Shown: positions 48,190-58,242, counted from the first letter of the whole stretch. The stretch is 63,414 bases of DNA, filler included, from Bacteriovoracaceae bacterium (GCA_018649885.1; 7 parts of 7 records of this genome joined end to end with filler, not necessarily neighbours in it); one strand, 5' to 3'. Notes: generated by a model not told the origin, from the letters alone. A program made the numbers and translations.

Positions 48190-48541
48190 AATTACTCTTT
48201 TCTGCTAAACCAAGGCCAGCGCCTGTTAAATTAGAACTTCCTACAAAGGCAATAGATGAATCTATAAGAAATAATTTAGCATGCAACCTTTCATCAACCT
48301 TAAAAGTCCAACCTAGCTCTTGACATTGTTTATACACGCTTAAATCAGAAACTTTAGTAACTAGATCGTCCAGCCTCCATCTAGTAACAACAATAACCTC
48401 AATATCAGTATTTTTTATTTGTTTTCTAAGCCACTCAAAAGCATTGTGTTTAATGAATGCACTTAATACTATAATAGAGGATCTGGAACTGTACAGAGCT
48501 AAAGCTAACTCACGCCTTACTTGCTGCTCATCAAGAATCAT
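48190..48541 (-). CDS. Phospholipase D-like (HKD) nuclease domain protein (3' end cut by the contig edge)
   Basis: LHAKLFLID...FVGSSNLTGAG. Confidence 0.88.
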
Positions 48542-50278
48542 TTAATTAATGGCATTTTTCAATAATTCTTCTATATGTTGACCCCATTTTTCTCGATACT
48601 GTAAAAACGTTTCTTTTCTATCTGAATTTCCATAAGACAATTCGTCTTCAGCTCTAACAAGAGCCATCAATATCAATTGTAAGGCTTCAAAACCTTTTTG
48701 GTCATTGGCTGTTTCCAAATACCGCCAAAATTGTTTATAAAATTTTGTGCGCATATTTATTTCTCCAATTGATTGGTTGTCAATAATACTTCTTTCAAGA
48801 AATAACGACCCTGGCCAACTAGTTGTAATCAAATTAACCTTAAAATCTAATTGAGTTTCAGCAATTTCTCTTGCCTCAGTCTTGGTTAACGAAGTGTCAT
48901 TATTCATAACAACTTCAATTAGTGACTCAATTTTTTGTTCAGGTGTTTGGCTACACTGTTCTGATTCAGTGTGAGAGTTGTTGTTATCAAACACCTCATT
49001 ACCTCTTTCAAGAACTGGATTTTTCTTCTTTTTTTCACTTAAAGAGCCTGACTTTCTAGAAGTAATAACACTCATCATTCCACTAATGCCTTCTGAAAGA
49101 CATCTATTTAGCTTTAATATCATCTTTGAATTAAGATTTCCATATTCGGCCTCCAGCTCAAGTGACTTAATTTTTTCCTTTGAAACACCTTTAAAACCTC
49201 TGACGTTTTGCTTGTTATTGGTAATTTTAAAAATTTTATCAAGTTCCGGTTCAAATCTTACCTCTGCGCCCCACCACCTATGTCTCGGCTCACTATTGTC
49301 AAGCAAATTAAACCTGCCAAACTCTATCTCTCTTCCAGCTCTCACAAATGAAACGCCACAATTTTCCTCGTAATGATTTCCAACTTTAGAATTTCCTCTT
49401 AAATTTTGAATTTCTGGTTTTGCCATAGAGAATGTAACAAGAACATTTGAAGTTTTAATTTCTCCATTTAAGTCTTCATAATCAATATTTAGTTCAACCT
49501 TATCAATTAACGCATTAGTTTGCTTATCTTGAAGCTCTTCATCGGGTAGATTGTTTGGAGTAAGAAGATACAAGGGGTCGTTGGCTCTCAAGCTCTCAGC
49601 TGTAATCTCACCAGTTTCAACTTGCAGATTTTTAATAGTAATATTTCTTCTCTCTCCATAGTCATCATCTTCATCTAAAAAATGCCTGTAAATTCTGCAC
49701 AATTCTTCATTGAGTCTCCTTGACAGTGTGTCTGACATTTTTACATCCAAATCAAGATCCTCCCATATAACAAGCGTCCCAGTATTACCCAGAGCCTCAT
49801 GAAAGTTTTCAATAAATTCTTTAGGAAGGTTGGTTTTGACTGGGTCCTCAATGTGCTGAATCTCATCTTTATATATTTTTGGAGAATCTATTTCAGACAT
49901 ATAAACTTCACCTGGTGACTGCCAACTATAAACTTTAACTATTTCAGCTTGAGAAATTGATGAGCCTTTTAATCCGAAACCAAATTTCCCCAATCCTTCG
50001 GTAGCATCCAATCTCGACCCCCATCCTAGACTAAGACATTTTGAAAGAGTGTCAAGATCCATGCCATGGCCATCATCCAATACGGCTAATTTAAAAACGT
50101 TGTTAGATGATCTTGCACCCACCCTCTGTTTTTTATTTATAACCAAGATATCAATATTCTCAGCCTCAGCCTGAAGTGAATTATCAATCAACTCTCCAAT
50201 TGCTGTTGCAGCGGATTTGTAACCCGCCTCTTTTATCATCTTAAGTGTGTATGCTGCATCAGCGATTGGTTGTGGCAT
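48542..50278 (-). CDS. MORC/GHKL-family ATPase
   Basis: GY...AIGELIDNS, VLDDGHGM, LGKFGFGLK and GTLVIWE, plus an S5-like region (RWWGAEVRF..ELDKIFKITNNKQ). Confidence 0.9.
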   Translation of the reverse strand: MPQPIADAAYTLKMIKEAGYKSAATAIGELIDNSLQAEAENIDILVINKKQRVGARSSNNVFKLAVLDDGHGMDLDTLSKCLSLGWGSRLDATEGLGKFGFGLKGSSISQAEIVKVYSWQSPGEVYMSEIDSPKIYKDEIQHIEDPVKTNLPKEFIENFHEALGNTGTLVIWEDLDLDVKMSDTLSRRLNEELCRIYRHFLDEDDDYGERRNITIKNLQVETGEITAESLRANDPLYLLTPNNLPDEELQDKQTNALIDKVELNIDYEDLNGEIKTSNVLVTFSMAKPEIQNLRGNSKVGNHYEENCGVSFVRAGREIEFGRFNLLDNSEPRHRWWGAEVRFEPELDKIFKITNNKQNVRGFKGVSKEKIKSLELEAEYGNLNSKMILKLNRCLSEGISGMMSVITSRKSGSLSEKKKKNPVLERGNEVFDNNNSHTESEQCSQTPEQKIESLIEVVMNNDTSLTKTEAREIAETQLDFKVNLITTSWPGSLFLERSIIDNQSIGEINMRTKFYKQFWRYLETANDQKGFEALQLILMALVRAEDELSYGNSDRKETFLQYREKWGQHIEELLKNAIN

Positions 50279-50299
50279 TGTACTTCTCCTGTATAAAAA

Positions 50300-51910
50300 C
50301 TAATTCCAATTATTTTCAAAAAATAAAAAGGCTTGATCATTATTCGGCATATTAATTAAATTATCCCTAACATTAATTACTTTACAAATATCCTCTCCCC
50401 CCATTAATCTGCCTCTTAAGCCCCTTCCAATCATTTGGGAGTACAAAACGACAGAAGTTGTAGGTCTTGCAATTACAACTGCCTTGATATTTGGCGCATC
50501 GAACCCCGTTGTTAAGACTCCATAGTTAACCAGCACATCAATAATGCCTTTTTTAAAACTTGAAATGCTCTCCCTTCTCACAGAAGTTGGTGTATCTCCA
50601 GTTACGGCTTCAGACTTAATATTATGAAGTTTTAAAAGTGTTGAGATAACTATAGCACTGTCTTTGCTTGGGGCAAACACAATAGTGGGCAGGCCTTCTT
50701 CATTAATAAGGTAGATAATTTGTGTTACTATTTTTTGCGTTCGTGCCGAATCTTTTCCAAGTTTATCTAAAACTGAATACGGGATATCTAAATGATTAGA
50801 CATGTATATTTTTTCTTTTTCGGTTAAGGTAATCTCACTATCTAAGTTGTCAATAGCTAAAAACTCTACATCAGATAAAACTTTCTTTTTAGTTAAAAAA
50901 TCTATAGGATTATCTAGCAATCCACCTTCATCATCAACTATATTAATTTTATTATTATCGTAAAAATTGGACAGCTTGCTTGTCTCTTCTGCATCTTGAT
51001 TTATATGATGCCTTCCAGGGGTTGCAGTTAAGCCTACAATATTAGTTGATGAGTTAGATAAAAATCTAATAGCCTTCTCATAAGTTGGAGCGATAGATTG
51101 GTGGGCCTCATCAATTATCAGCAACTTATTTCTGAGTCTTATTTCTGAGAAAAAATCGAATTTTTCATCGCTAGAAGAAACGGTTAAACTATAAGCAGTA
51201 TCAAAACTCGCAACAATAAAAGATGGATTTTTATCACTAAGGCCCTTAATTTTCCTCCCCCCCCAAAGTCTAACTATTTCAACATCTCTGTTGCCAAGTT
51301 TTTCCCAAATTTCTATAAAAGAAGAGGTGGCCTGCTCACACAATTCTTCGCTATGAGCTAACCAAACCACACAAAAGTTTTCTTCTTCAATTGTACGCAT
51401 GAAATCGCTAGAAGCTTCAAGTGCTGTTCTCGTCTTTCCCGCACCTGTAGGCATATGAACCATTACTTTATTTCTATCTTGGGTAGATAAAAACTCAAAA
51501 ATTTGCCTTCTAATGTGGTTTTGATATGGATATAAAGGCCTAAATATTGAGGCTTTACCTTGCTCAATATTTTTATCAGAATCATTCAAAAAGTCATTAT
51601 TAAAGCCAAATATCTGTAAATAATTTTTTGTTTTATTGTTATTTCCCCATTGGAAACTTATGGAGTTTTTATCAGGAAATCCAAACTCTTTATAGTTGAA
51701 GTTCTGAAAACTGTCATAAATTGCTTCTCTAATTTTTGAATTTCTTAAACAGGAAATCCCCCCTTCAGTCAAAATAATACTTGCCACTAAAGGGGCATTA
51801 ATTAGCTCACCTACCTCAACTAATTGCTCCAAAATATTTTCATTAATAAATGACGCAAGTTTTCTTACGCCAAGATCAATAAGAATATCTTCTAGTTTAT
51901 TTATATCCAT
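50300..51910 (-). CDS. SF2 DEAD/DEAH-box (ResIII/SSL2-like) helicase
   Basis: Motifs LYPYQ, MPTGAGKT, IIDEAH, GLTATPGR, LTTGFDAP and QMIGRGLRG. Start placed at ATG 51910, just after the upstream stop. Confidence 0.93.
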   Translation of the reverse strand: MDINKLEDILIDLGVRKLASFINENILEQLVEVGELINAPLVASIILTEGGISCLRNSKIREAIYDSFQNFNYKEFGFPDKNSISFQWGNNNKTKNYLQIFGFNNDFLNDSDKNIEQGKASIFRPLYPYQNHIRRQIFEFLSTQDRNKVMVHMPTGAGKTRTALEASSDFMRTIEEENFCVVWLAHSEELCEQATSSFIEIWEKLGNRDVEIVRLWGGRKIKGLSDKNPSFIVASFDTAYSLTVSSSDEKFDFFSEIRLRNKLLIIDEAHQSIAPTYEKAIRFLSNSSTNIVGLTATPGRHHINQDAEETSKLSNFYDNNKINIVDDEGGLLDNPIDFLTKKKVLSDVEFLAIDNLDSEITLTEKEKIYMSNHLDIPYSVLDKLGKDSARTQKIVTQIIYLINEEGLPTIVFAPSKDSAIVISTLLKLHNIKSEAVTGDTPTSVRRESISSFKKGIIDVLVNYGVLTTGFDAPNIKAVVIARPTTSVVLYSQMIGRGLRGRLMGGEDICKVINVRDNLINMPNNDQAFLFFENNWN

Positions 51911-51912
51911 AT

Positions 51913-52368
51913 TCACAATGAACACATGGTACAAGCCTGATCTTCAGGCTCGTCATCATCTTGCTCTTTCACAATATCTTGCCAACTTCGCGTCTCCTTG
52001 GCTTTAAATTTTTTTCCAGCAGCTTCATTCTCTTCAGCTTTCCCTATGACAACATCTAAAGATCCACTCTGTGACCAGGTATAACCTTGACCACACTCCT
52101 TTCTTTCGCCTGTACTCCAATCAAAACCCTTCTTGTGAACGCTTTCTTCAATAGCTTTAGCTTGCTCAAAAAGTTCTGGATGATTCCTTTTTAAACCCAG
52201 CCACTCTTCTTGTCGTTGAAAGAAACAAAAAAAACAACCTGATCTGGATCGCCACTTGTAATACTCAGGGATGCCAACAGACTCTTCAAGAATCCTAAAG
52301 ACGTCCTCTCTAACAATGCCATCACCTATAAATGGAAATACAGCTTTAATATTTGGCTTTTTGCTGAC
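51913..52368 (-). CDS. SspD/BrxP-like PAPS-reductase family protein (C-terminal part; 5' end cut by the contig edge)
   Basis: Manual translation gives ...PEYYKWRSRSGCFFCFFQRQEEWLGLKRNHPELFEQAKAIE...YTWSQ...ACTMCSL*. Not in the ORF track. Confidence 0.8.
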   Translation of the reverse strand, partial: VSKKPNIKAVFPFIGDGIVREDVFRILEESVGIPEYYKWRSRSGCFFCFFQRQEEWLGLKRNHPELFEQAKAIEESVHKKGFDWSTGERKECGQGYTWSQSGSLDVVIGKAEENEAAGKKFKAKETRSWQDIVKEQDDDEPEDQACTMCSL

Positions 52369-52369
52369 A

Positions 52370-52469
52370 NNNNNNNNNNNNNNNNNNNNNNNNNNNNNNN
52401 NNNNNNNNNNNNNTTAATTAATTAANNNNNNNNNNNNNNNNNNNNNNNNNNNNNNNNNNNNNNNNNNNN
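52370..52469. other. Artificial contig linker
   Basis: N-TTAATTAATTAA-N. Confidence 0.99.
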
Positions 52470-52520
52470 GGGCAAGGGCAAGTGACAATCGGGCAAGTCA
52501 ACGTATAAGGAAATGGATAG

Positions 52521-52568
52521 AAGTGATTAAGTGATTAAGTGATTAAGTGATTAAGTGATTAAGTGATT
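52521..52568. repeat. (AAGTGATT)6 tandem repeat
   Basis: Six perfect 8-bp units. Confidence 0.95.
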
Positions 52569-52657
52569 ATACTTCAGTATTGTAAAAAGATGAGGAATGA
52601 AAGTAATTTAGTCACAGAAAAGATTGGGCATTATTCAAGTTGTCCGATCAGCACAGA

Positions 52658-53425
52658 CTACAATCTATAGGCTATACCGACAGTGGCAAGAGCGCCGCCC
52701 ATTTTGAGCTGATCATCATCTTCCAATTTGCGTTCAGTGGAATTAATTTTTACAAGACCAAGGTCAAATTTCTGATAACCTATTTTTCCCTCAATCATAA
52801 AACCACCGGGGAAAACAAAATCAAGACCAAGGTGGCCTTCAACTAGATCTGACTTCCCACTCATCTTAGAAGACTTTCCACTATTTAAATTTTCTGTTTC
52901 ATCCTTTATTGTTCCCCTACCGAGAGCTAACTCGGCAAAGGGGCGAAATTCAAATTCTCCTGGCATAGAAAAAGAATAACCAATTCGTACGCCAACTCTA
53001 TAAATCATATAAGTTCTTTTCAAACTATATGAATTTTCCTTGTCCATGACATTTTCAAAATTAGTTCTCCAGTAAGATACAGAGGGTCCAAATGCGTAAA
53101 ATCCATTTTCACCAAGCTGATGCTCAAAGCCCAGCCCGATATTCACTCCCCCCATATCCTGGCGAAGTGAATTTGATGAACCAAGTGGCTTATCTTTGCC
53201 TGACTGGATAATAGAATAAGAACCTTGAAGTACTGGTCTGAAATTGTATTTATTTGCATAGGGATCGTCGTGCTCACTCTCTCTACTGATAGAGTACTTA
53301 CTGTATTCAGAAAGCTCACTTTTTTCACCTGTAGTAAAACTGCTGTAGCCCTCGAGTTCACTATCATTCATAGCAAAACTGGATGTGGTGAAAATTGTGA
53401 TGAGAAAAATGAGTAGAAGCTTCAT
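52658..53425 (-). CDS. Outer-membrane beta-barrel protein
   Basis: Signal peptide (SSFA), alternating amphipathic strands and C-terminal VGIAYRL. Confidence 0.8.
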   Translation of the reverse strand: MKLLLIFLITIFTTSSFAMNDSELEGYSSFTTGEKSELSEYSKYSISRESEHDDPYANKYNFRPVLQGSYSIIQSGKDKPLGSSNSLRQDMGGVNIGLGFEHQLGENGFYAFGPSVSYWRTNFENVMDKENSYSLKRTYMIYRVGVRIGYSFSMPGEFEFRPFAELALGRGTIKDETENLNSGKSSKMSGKSDLVEGHLGLDFVFPGGFMIEGKIGYQKFDLGLVKINSTERKLEDDDQLKMGGALATVGIAYRL

Positions 53426-53470
53426 GGACAAACCTTTGATAAATAAAAAAAGTTTACCCGTGAAAATAGC

Positions 53471-53505
53471 AAAAAAAAAGGGGCTACCTAATGGTAACCC
53501 CTTTT
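53471..53505 (-). terminator. Intrinsic terminator
   Basis: The minus strand reads AAAAGGGGTTACC-ATTA-GGTAGCCCC-T9. Confidence 0.8.
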
Positions 53506-53609
53506 AAAAAGAGAGAGGAGAGAGAGATCAGAGAAATATTTAAAACCCTTGCGGGATTCAAACTAATTTTTCATTCTTCCTAGCCAATTCTTTTTCTCCC
53601 TAAGCTGTT
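53471..53609 (-). ncRNA. Candidate small RNA with a CU-rich tract
   Basis: Extended -10 TGCTAGAAT (53624-53616, minus strand), a CU-rich tract and a strong terminator, with no long ORF between them. Confidence 0.35.
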
Positions 53610-53759
53610 AAATATATTCTAGCAAAATAGGCGGAGATTGGAAGATCATGAGAGCTCATTACATGGGGTGGATAAAGTTTTGGCAGGCAATAATTACAGA
53701 GGCTAATTCGTTGAAATTACAGGCTTTTATCTCGAGTAAAAATGGTGTCTTCTAGAGCT

Positions 53760-54401
53760 TTAAAACAAGTGAAAAAATAAATTGATAAACCAAAGTCCAA
53801 GACCAGACAGAACTGGAATCGACAAATTATCATCGACGATCACTGAGAACAGCTCTGAGACGGCTCCTATGATGCCTGCGATAAGTGCAAAGGCAAGCAG
53901 ACTAAGAGAGGCTTCCATATAAAACAGCCCATAAACAAGAGTCGTTAAATAGCAGGTGATAAAACCAGCAAGTGTTCCTTGAATTGATTTTCCTGGAATG
54001 ATTTTATCGCGACCATACAAAACACCAAAAAATGATGAAATAGGATCCGATAAAACGAGAAAAAATATTGATAGCAGAGCTAAACGCTCGGGAAAGAAAA
54101 ACAAGCTCAGAGATACTCCCAGAGCGTAGAAAGGAAGTCCTGTATAAGTTTCATCTTCACCATGTCTCATAAAAGGCTTGAGCACTTTGATAGCTAATTT
54201 ATTCACATCTTTGTTATTGAGCCTTATAAAATCAAAAAGCAGTCCTGATAATGCAATTGAAAGGGTGATGATCGCCCAAGTTTTTGTCGTCCACCCCGTT
54301 CTATAATAGATAGAAAGACCGAGTAATCCCGTACTCAGATGCCAAAGCTTTCTCATTAGATGAAGATCTGAGCGCTGGGCCAAAACCACTTGATGGGGCA
54401 T
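53760..54401 (-). CDS. Dolichol/phytol kinase-like (SEC59/CTP-transferase) membrane protein
   Basis: Motifs MRKLWHL, SDPISSFFGVLYG, GKSIQGT and DDNLSIP. Confidence 0.85.
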   Translation of the reverse strand: MPHQVVLAQRSDLHLMRKLWHLSTGLLGLSIYYRTGWTTKTWAIITLSIALSGLLFDFIRLNNKDVNKLAIKVLKPFMRHGEDETYTGLPFYALGVSLSLFFFPERLALLSIFFLVLSDPISSFFGVLYGRDKIIPGKSIQGTLAGFITCYLTTLVYGLFYMEASLSLLAFALIAGIIGAVSELFSVIVDDNLSIPVLSGLGLWFINLFFHLF

Positions 54402-54678
54402 TAAAAACTCCTAACCAAAATTGAAGAAGGCAAATATACTCCGTGTCACTTCGAGCGTCTATAACAACAAAGCGATATGAAAATAATGCTTTCCTGAGTA
54501 AACCCTTCGGTTTTTGAAGCCAGCTCTTTAAGCGGATTTGTGCAAATTATTCCCTATTCAAAACAAGTTACAATTAATATACTTTCAAAGGAGATTTGTT
54601 TAGAGTTATGCTCTTAAGCTAAACTTCAATAAGTTAACGCATTGCAATGGGACTGTAAATGGATTTAAAGGCCCAACA

Positions 54679-55647
54679 TTGAAAATAAATCATCAAAAAG
54701 AGTCAAAATTCTCTGAAGATCACCAAGGCCTAAGTCAGGGTCTACGGCTGTCAACTAAACAAAAAATCTGGGCAATAGGCGGCGGAAAAGGTGGCGTAGG
54801 CAAAAGTCTAATTACTGCCAACACCTCAATTTGCTTGGCCTTGATGGGTTATAAGGTTGTCACAATTGACCTAGACCTTGGAGGCGCAAACCTTCACACC
54901 TGCTTAGGTGTTCCTATTCCAGAAAAAACATTGACCGATTACCTCACGAAAAAAGTTCGCTCTCTCAAAGATCTTCTCACCCCTACGGCCATCCCAAATC
55001 TCTCAATTATAAGTGGAGCACAAGATGAGCTGGGAATTGCAAACCTTAAGCAAATGCAAAAAAATAAAATCCTCTCCAAATTAGGGGACTTAGACGCAGA
55101 CTATATTCTCTTTGATTTAGGTGCCGGTACTTCAAACAATACACTGGATTTTTTCATCTCATCTGATCAAGGAATTCTGACTGTTTTGCCAGAACCTACA
55201 AGTATAGAAAATACATATCGCTTTATAAAAGCTGTTTACTACAGAAGGCTTCATATGATTGAAGACTTATTAGATATTCAGCCAATTATTTCAAAAGCTA
55301 TGAACTCAAAACTATCTGGAGGAAATACTCCTCAAGACATGGTTAAAAGAGTTATTGATATAAATCCTGAAGTTGGACAAAAACTTCAAAATGAAATCAA
55401 AAAATTTAAGCCTAAATTAATAATGAACCAAGTTAGAACTCAAGCTGATATAGATATTGGGTTTTCAATGCGAACAATATGCAAGAGGTACTTTGGGATT
55501 GAGCTAGATTATGTTGGCTATCTAGATTACGACTCTTCCGTTTGGCAAAGTGTGAAAAAAAGAAGACCACTTTTAATGGAGTTTCCCAATTCAAAATTAG
55601 TTAATAACTTTGATAAAATTGTACACAGGCTTGCAGGGCTTAGATAA
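54679..55647 (+). CDS. MinD/FlhG-like P-loop ATPase
   Basis: Motifs GGGKGGVGKS, DLDLGGANLH, DLGAGTS and PEPTSIENTYRFIK. Confidence 0.9.
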   Translation: MKINHQKESKFSEDHQGLSQGLRLSTKQKIWAIGGGKGGVGKSLITANTSICLALMGYKVVTIDLDLGGANLHTCLGVPIPEKTLTDYLTKKVRSLKDLLTPTAIPNLSIISGAQDELGIANLKQMQKNKILSKLGDLDADYILFDLGAGTSNNTLDFFISSDQGILTVLPEPTSIENTYRFIKAVYYRRLHMIEDLLDIQPIISKAMNSKLSGGNTPQDMVKRVIDINPEVGQKLQNEIKKFKPKLIMNQVRTQADIDIGFSMRTICKRYFGIELDYVGYLDYDSSVWQSVKKRRPLLMEFPNSKLVNNFDKIVHRLAGLR

Positions 55648-55661
55648 AACGGTAATTTAAA

Positions 55662-56447
55662 ATGCATCAAGACATGAAAAATTATTATGAAGTACTAGAG
55701 ATCCCTCTGAATTCAAATGATGAGGAGATTAAAGAAGGTTATATTAGGGCCAAGAATGCTTTCTCTGGAGATAGCCTGGCACTTTACTCTCTTATGGATC
55801 CAAAAGAATGTGAAGAAGTTATAGAGCTAATCGAAGAAGCATTTACGATTTTAAGCCATCCAGAAAAAAGACGAGAATACGACAAGGTTAGAGGGTATAA
55901 CCAAGGGAATGCTGAAATAAGCCAAAGAAGAGCTGTTGGCTTTGGAAGCTCTCCTATGAATGATAAGTTTCTCCCACCAACCCCAGAACCAATAACAGCT
56001 GAAAAAAGAAATCCCTTTAAAGGACATAGCTACCAAAGACCATTTGAAGAAGAAACATCTTCAAGAAGAGAAATGGCAAAAAAAGATTTTCAAATTAATA
56101 GAAAAGAGAGTGAAGTTTCTAAAATCGGTGCTAAAAATAGATTTTCAATTGATTTCGTTGTCGATCAAGAAATGGAAACTAAAATTGAAAATGCAACTGC
56201 ATTTTCCGGTGAGCTCTTAAAAGAAATTAGAGACTATAGAGCTGTGACGATTGAACGCCTTGCCGATATGACAAAAATTTCAAAAACCTATATCAGATAT
56301 ATAGAAGAAGAAAAATACGAAAAACTTCCAGCCCTTGCCTATGTAAGAGGCTTTGTTTATCAATACGCCAAATGCTTGAAGCTAAATCCTGAAATTGTGG
56401 CCAACTCTTATATTCATCACATTAAGACCATTAAAAACCAAGCCTAG
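55662..56447 (+). CDS. Degenerate J-domain plus RodZ-type HTH protein
   Basis: NYYEVLEI...IEEAFTILSHPEKRREYD with HPD replaced by SGD. C-terminal GELLKEIR...LPALAYVRGFVYQYAKCL. Confidence 0.82.
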   Translation: MHQDMKNYYEVLEIPLNSNDEEIKEGYIRAKNAFSGDSLALYSLMDPKECEEVIELIEEAFTILSHPEKRREYDKVRGYNQGNAEISQRRAVGFGSSPMNDKFLPPTPEPITAEKRNPFKGHSYQRPFEEETSSRREMAKKDFQINRKESEVSKIGAKNRFSIDFVVDQEMETKIENATAFSGELLKEIRDYRAVTIERLADMTKISKTYIRYIEEEKYEKLPALAYVRGFVYQYAKCLKLNPEIVANSYIHHIKTIKNQA

Positions 56448-56596
56448 TGCTTCGTCCATTAAGTTTTCCCCGATGATGGCGAAGAGATTTTTTCTGAGAA
56501 TTCCTTCAAAAGCTCGAAGGACTGGCTCCTGGCCAATTCAAGAGGTTTTGAAGGAATTCTCAGGAAAAAGATCGAGTCAGCATCGGGGAAAACTTA

Positions 56597-57604
56597 ATGG
56601 AGGGAGTACTAGTGGCAGATGATAACTCCCCCCCAACAGATGAAGAAATTACTTGTCTGATAACGGACGAAGACCTAGAAAAAAATCTACGACTTGATAA
56701 ATTTCTCAGCATCAAACTTCCAGACTTCAGCAGAACTTTTATAAGAAAAATGTACGATAGTGGTCTCATTAGCTCAGATAGCAGTGGAAAATTAGAATTA
56801 AAAAGAATGCCTCCCTCTGGGACAACAATCAAAATCCTAATCCCTCCTCCTGTTCCCATGGAGGCCCAGGCAGAAGATTTGCCACTTGAGGTACTTTTTG
56901 AAGATGAGCACTTACTTTTTATAAATAAAGCGGCAGGGATGGTTACACACCCTGCTCCCGGAAATTACACAGGAACTCTTGTTAATGCAATCCTACACCA
57001 CTGTCCTGATTTAAAAGGTATTGGAAATGTAAAAAGACCCGGCATAGTCCATAGGCTTGATAAAGGAACAAGTGGAGTCATGGTCGTGGCCAAAACCCAG
57101 AAGACACTAGAGGGGCTCATACTACTTTTTTCCACACACGATATTGTGAGAAAATACCAATGCCTTGCTATTGGAGTTAAGCTGCCAAAAGAAGGTACTC
57201 TTAGCTCGACTATAGGAAGACATCCCATACACAGACAAAAAATGAAGGCCAATGTAAAAAATGGAAAAGATTCTATCACCCATTTTAGAGTCCTGGAGTA
57301 CTTCGAGAAGTTATCGCATATTGAGCTCACCTTAGAAACTGGAAGGACTCATCAAATAAGAGTTCACCTCAGCGAGCTTGTAAAAAGCCCCATTTTAATG
57401 GACCCTGCTTATGGCAATCCCAAAAGCCATATTCACTTCCTAACACCTGCTGCAAAGAAAATACTTAAAGACTATCCCTACCCCCTTTTGCATGCAAAAA
57501 CACTAGGCCTTGTCCATCCAATTACAGGCGAGAGTTTACTGATAGAGACTCCTCCCCCTTCACCTTTTTATGAAGTTTTAAATTCATTACAGGCGGACCA
57601 ATGA
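56597..57604 (+). CDS. rluD: RluA-family pseudouridine synthase (RluD-like)
   Basis: S4-like RLDKFL, plus NKAAGMVTHP, RPGIVHRLDKGTSG and LETGRTHQIRVH. Followed by pgeF, as rluD usually is. Confidence 0.88.
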   Translation: MEGVLVADDNSPPTDEEITCLITDEDLEKNLRLDKFLSIKLPDFSRTFIRKMYDSGLISSDSSGKLELKRMPPSGTTIKILIPPPVPMEAQAEDLPLEVLFEDEHLLFINKAAGMVTHPAPGNYTGTLVNAILHHCPDLKGIGNVKRPGIVHRLDKGTSGVMVVAKTQKTLEGLILLFSTHDIVRKYQCLAIGVKLPKEGTLSSTIGRHPIHRQKMKANVKNGKDSITHFRVLEYFEKLSHIELTLETGRTHQIRVHLSELVKSPILMDPAYGNPKSHIHFLTPAAKKILKDYPYPLLHAKTLGLVHPITGESLLIETPPPSPFYEVLNSLQADQ

Positions 57605-58221
57605 AACCAATATTTCAAATGGCGCTAAGTAGAGGAGTTTTTCGCACCTATGCTGAAAAACCTGAGTTTGATATTCGAAGGATTCATCAGGTTCACGGAG
57701 ATAAGGTAATTGAGCTTGGGACTTCAGAAAATTCAGAGCAAATAAAAGCTGATGGCATGGCGGTAATAGAAAGCGGAACGCTTAATGATGTTCTATGTAT
57801 TATCACGGCCGACTGCCTACCTATTGCCATTGAAGGTGAAAAAGGAGTGGCAATGGTCCACGCCGGCTGGAGAGGAGTGCACGCCAATATTCTTTCATCT
57901 CCAATGATTAAAAAAATCGTACCAACAAACTTCTTTATTGGTCCTCATATCGGCCCATTATCTTATGAAGTAGGAAGTGAATTTAAAGAGCATTTCCCAG
58001 ACGGAGGCCTTGTTACAGAGCTTGAAAATAAGCTCTATTTTAATTTAGCTCTTGCGGCCATAGGTCAAATTAACTCCCTCTACCCCAAAGCTTCGGTCAG
58101 CTGCTCCGGTATATGTACTTTCTGCGATAATAATTTCCATAGCTATAGGCGAAATAATACGACTCAGCGCAATTTTAATGTCTACATTCCAAACCATCTT
58201 GTGGCACAATTGTCTCCATGA
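57601..58221 (+). CDS. pgeF: YfiH/PgeF (laccase-like) family protein
   Basis: Motifs QVHG, ADG, TADCLPI, HAGWRG, IGPHI, YEVG, CTFC and SYRR. Confidence 0.9.
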   Translation: MKPIFQMALSRGVFRTYAEKPEFDIRRIHQVHGDKVIELGTSENSEQIKADGMAVIESGTLNDVLCIITADCLPIAIEGEKGVAMVHAGWRGVHANILSSPMIKKIVPTNFFIGPHIGPLSYEVGSEFKEHFPDGGLVTELENKLYFNLALAAIGQINSLYPKASVSCSGICTFCDNNFHSYRRNNTTQRNFNVYIPNHLVAQLSP

Positions 58222-58242
58222 ACAAAACAGACTGAGGGAATC

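Noticed and set aside
15497..52469. Six recurring TTAATTAATTAA motifs within N runs as a biological repeat
   Set aside because: They are identical 100-nt scaffolding linkers. Genes on either side must not be treated as neighbours; for example, the cyclases at 12.6-15.5 kb and 16.4-18.7 kb are on different contigs.
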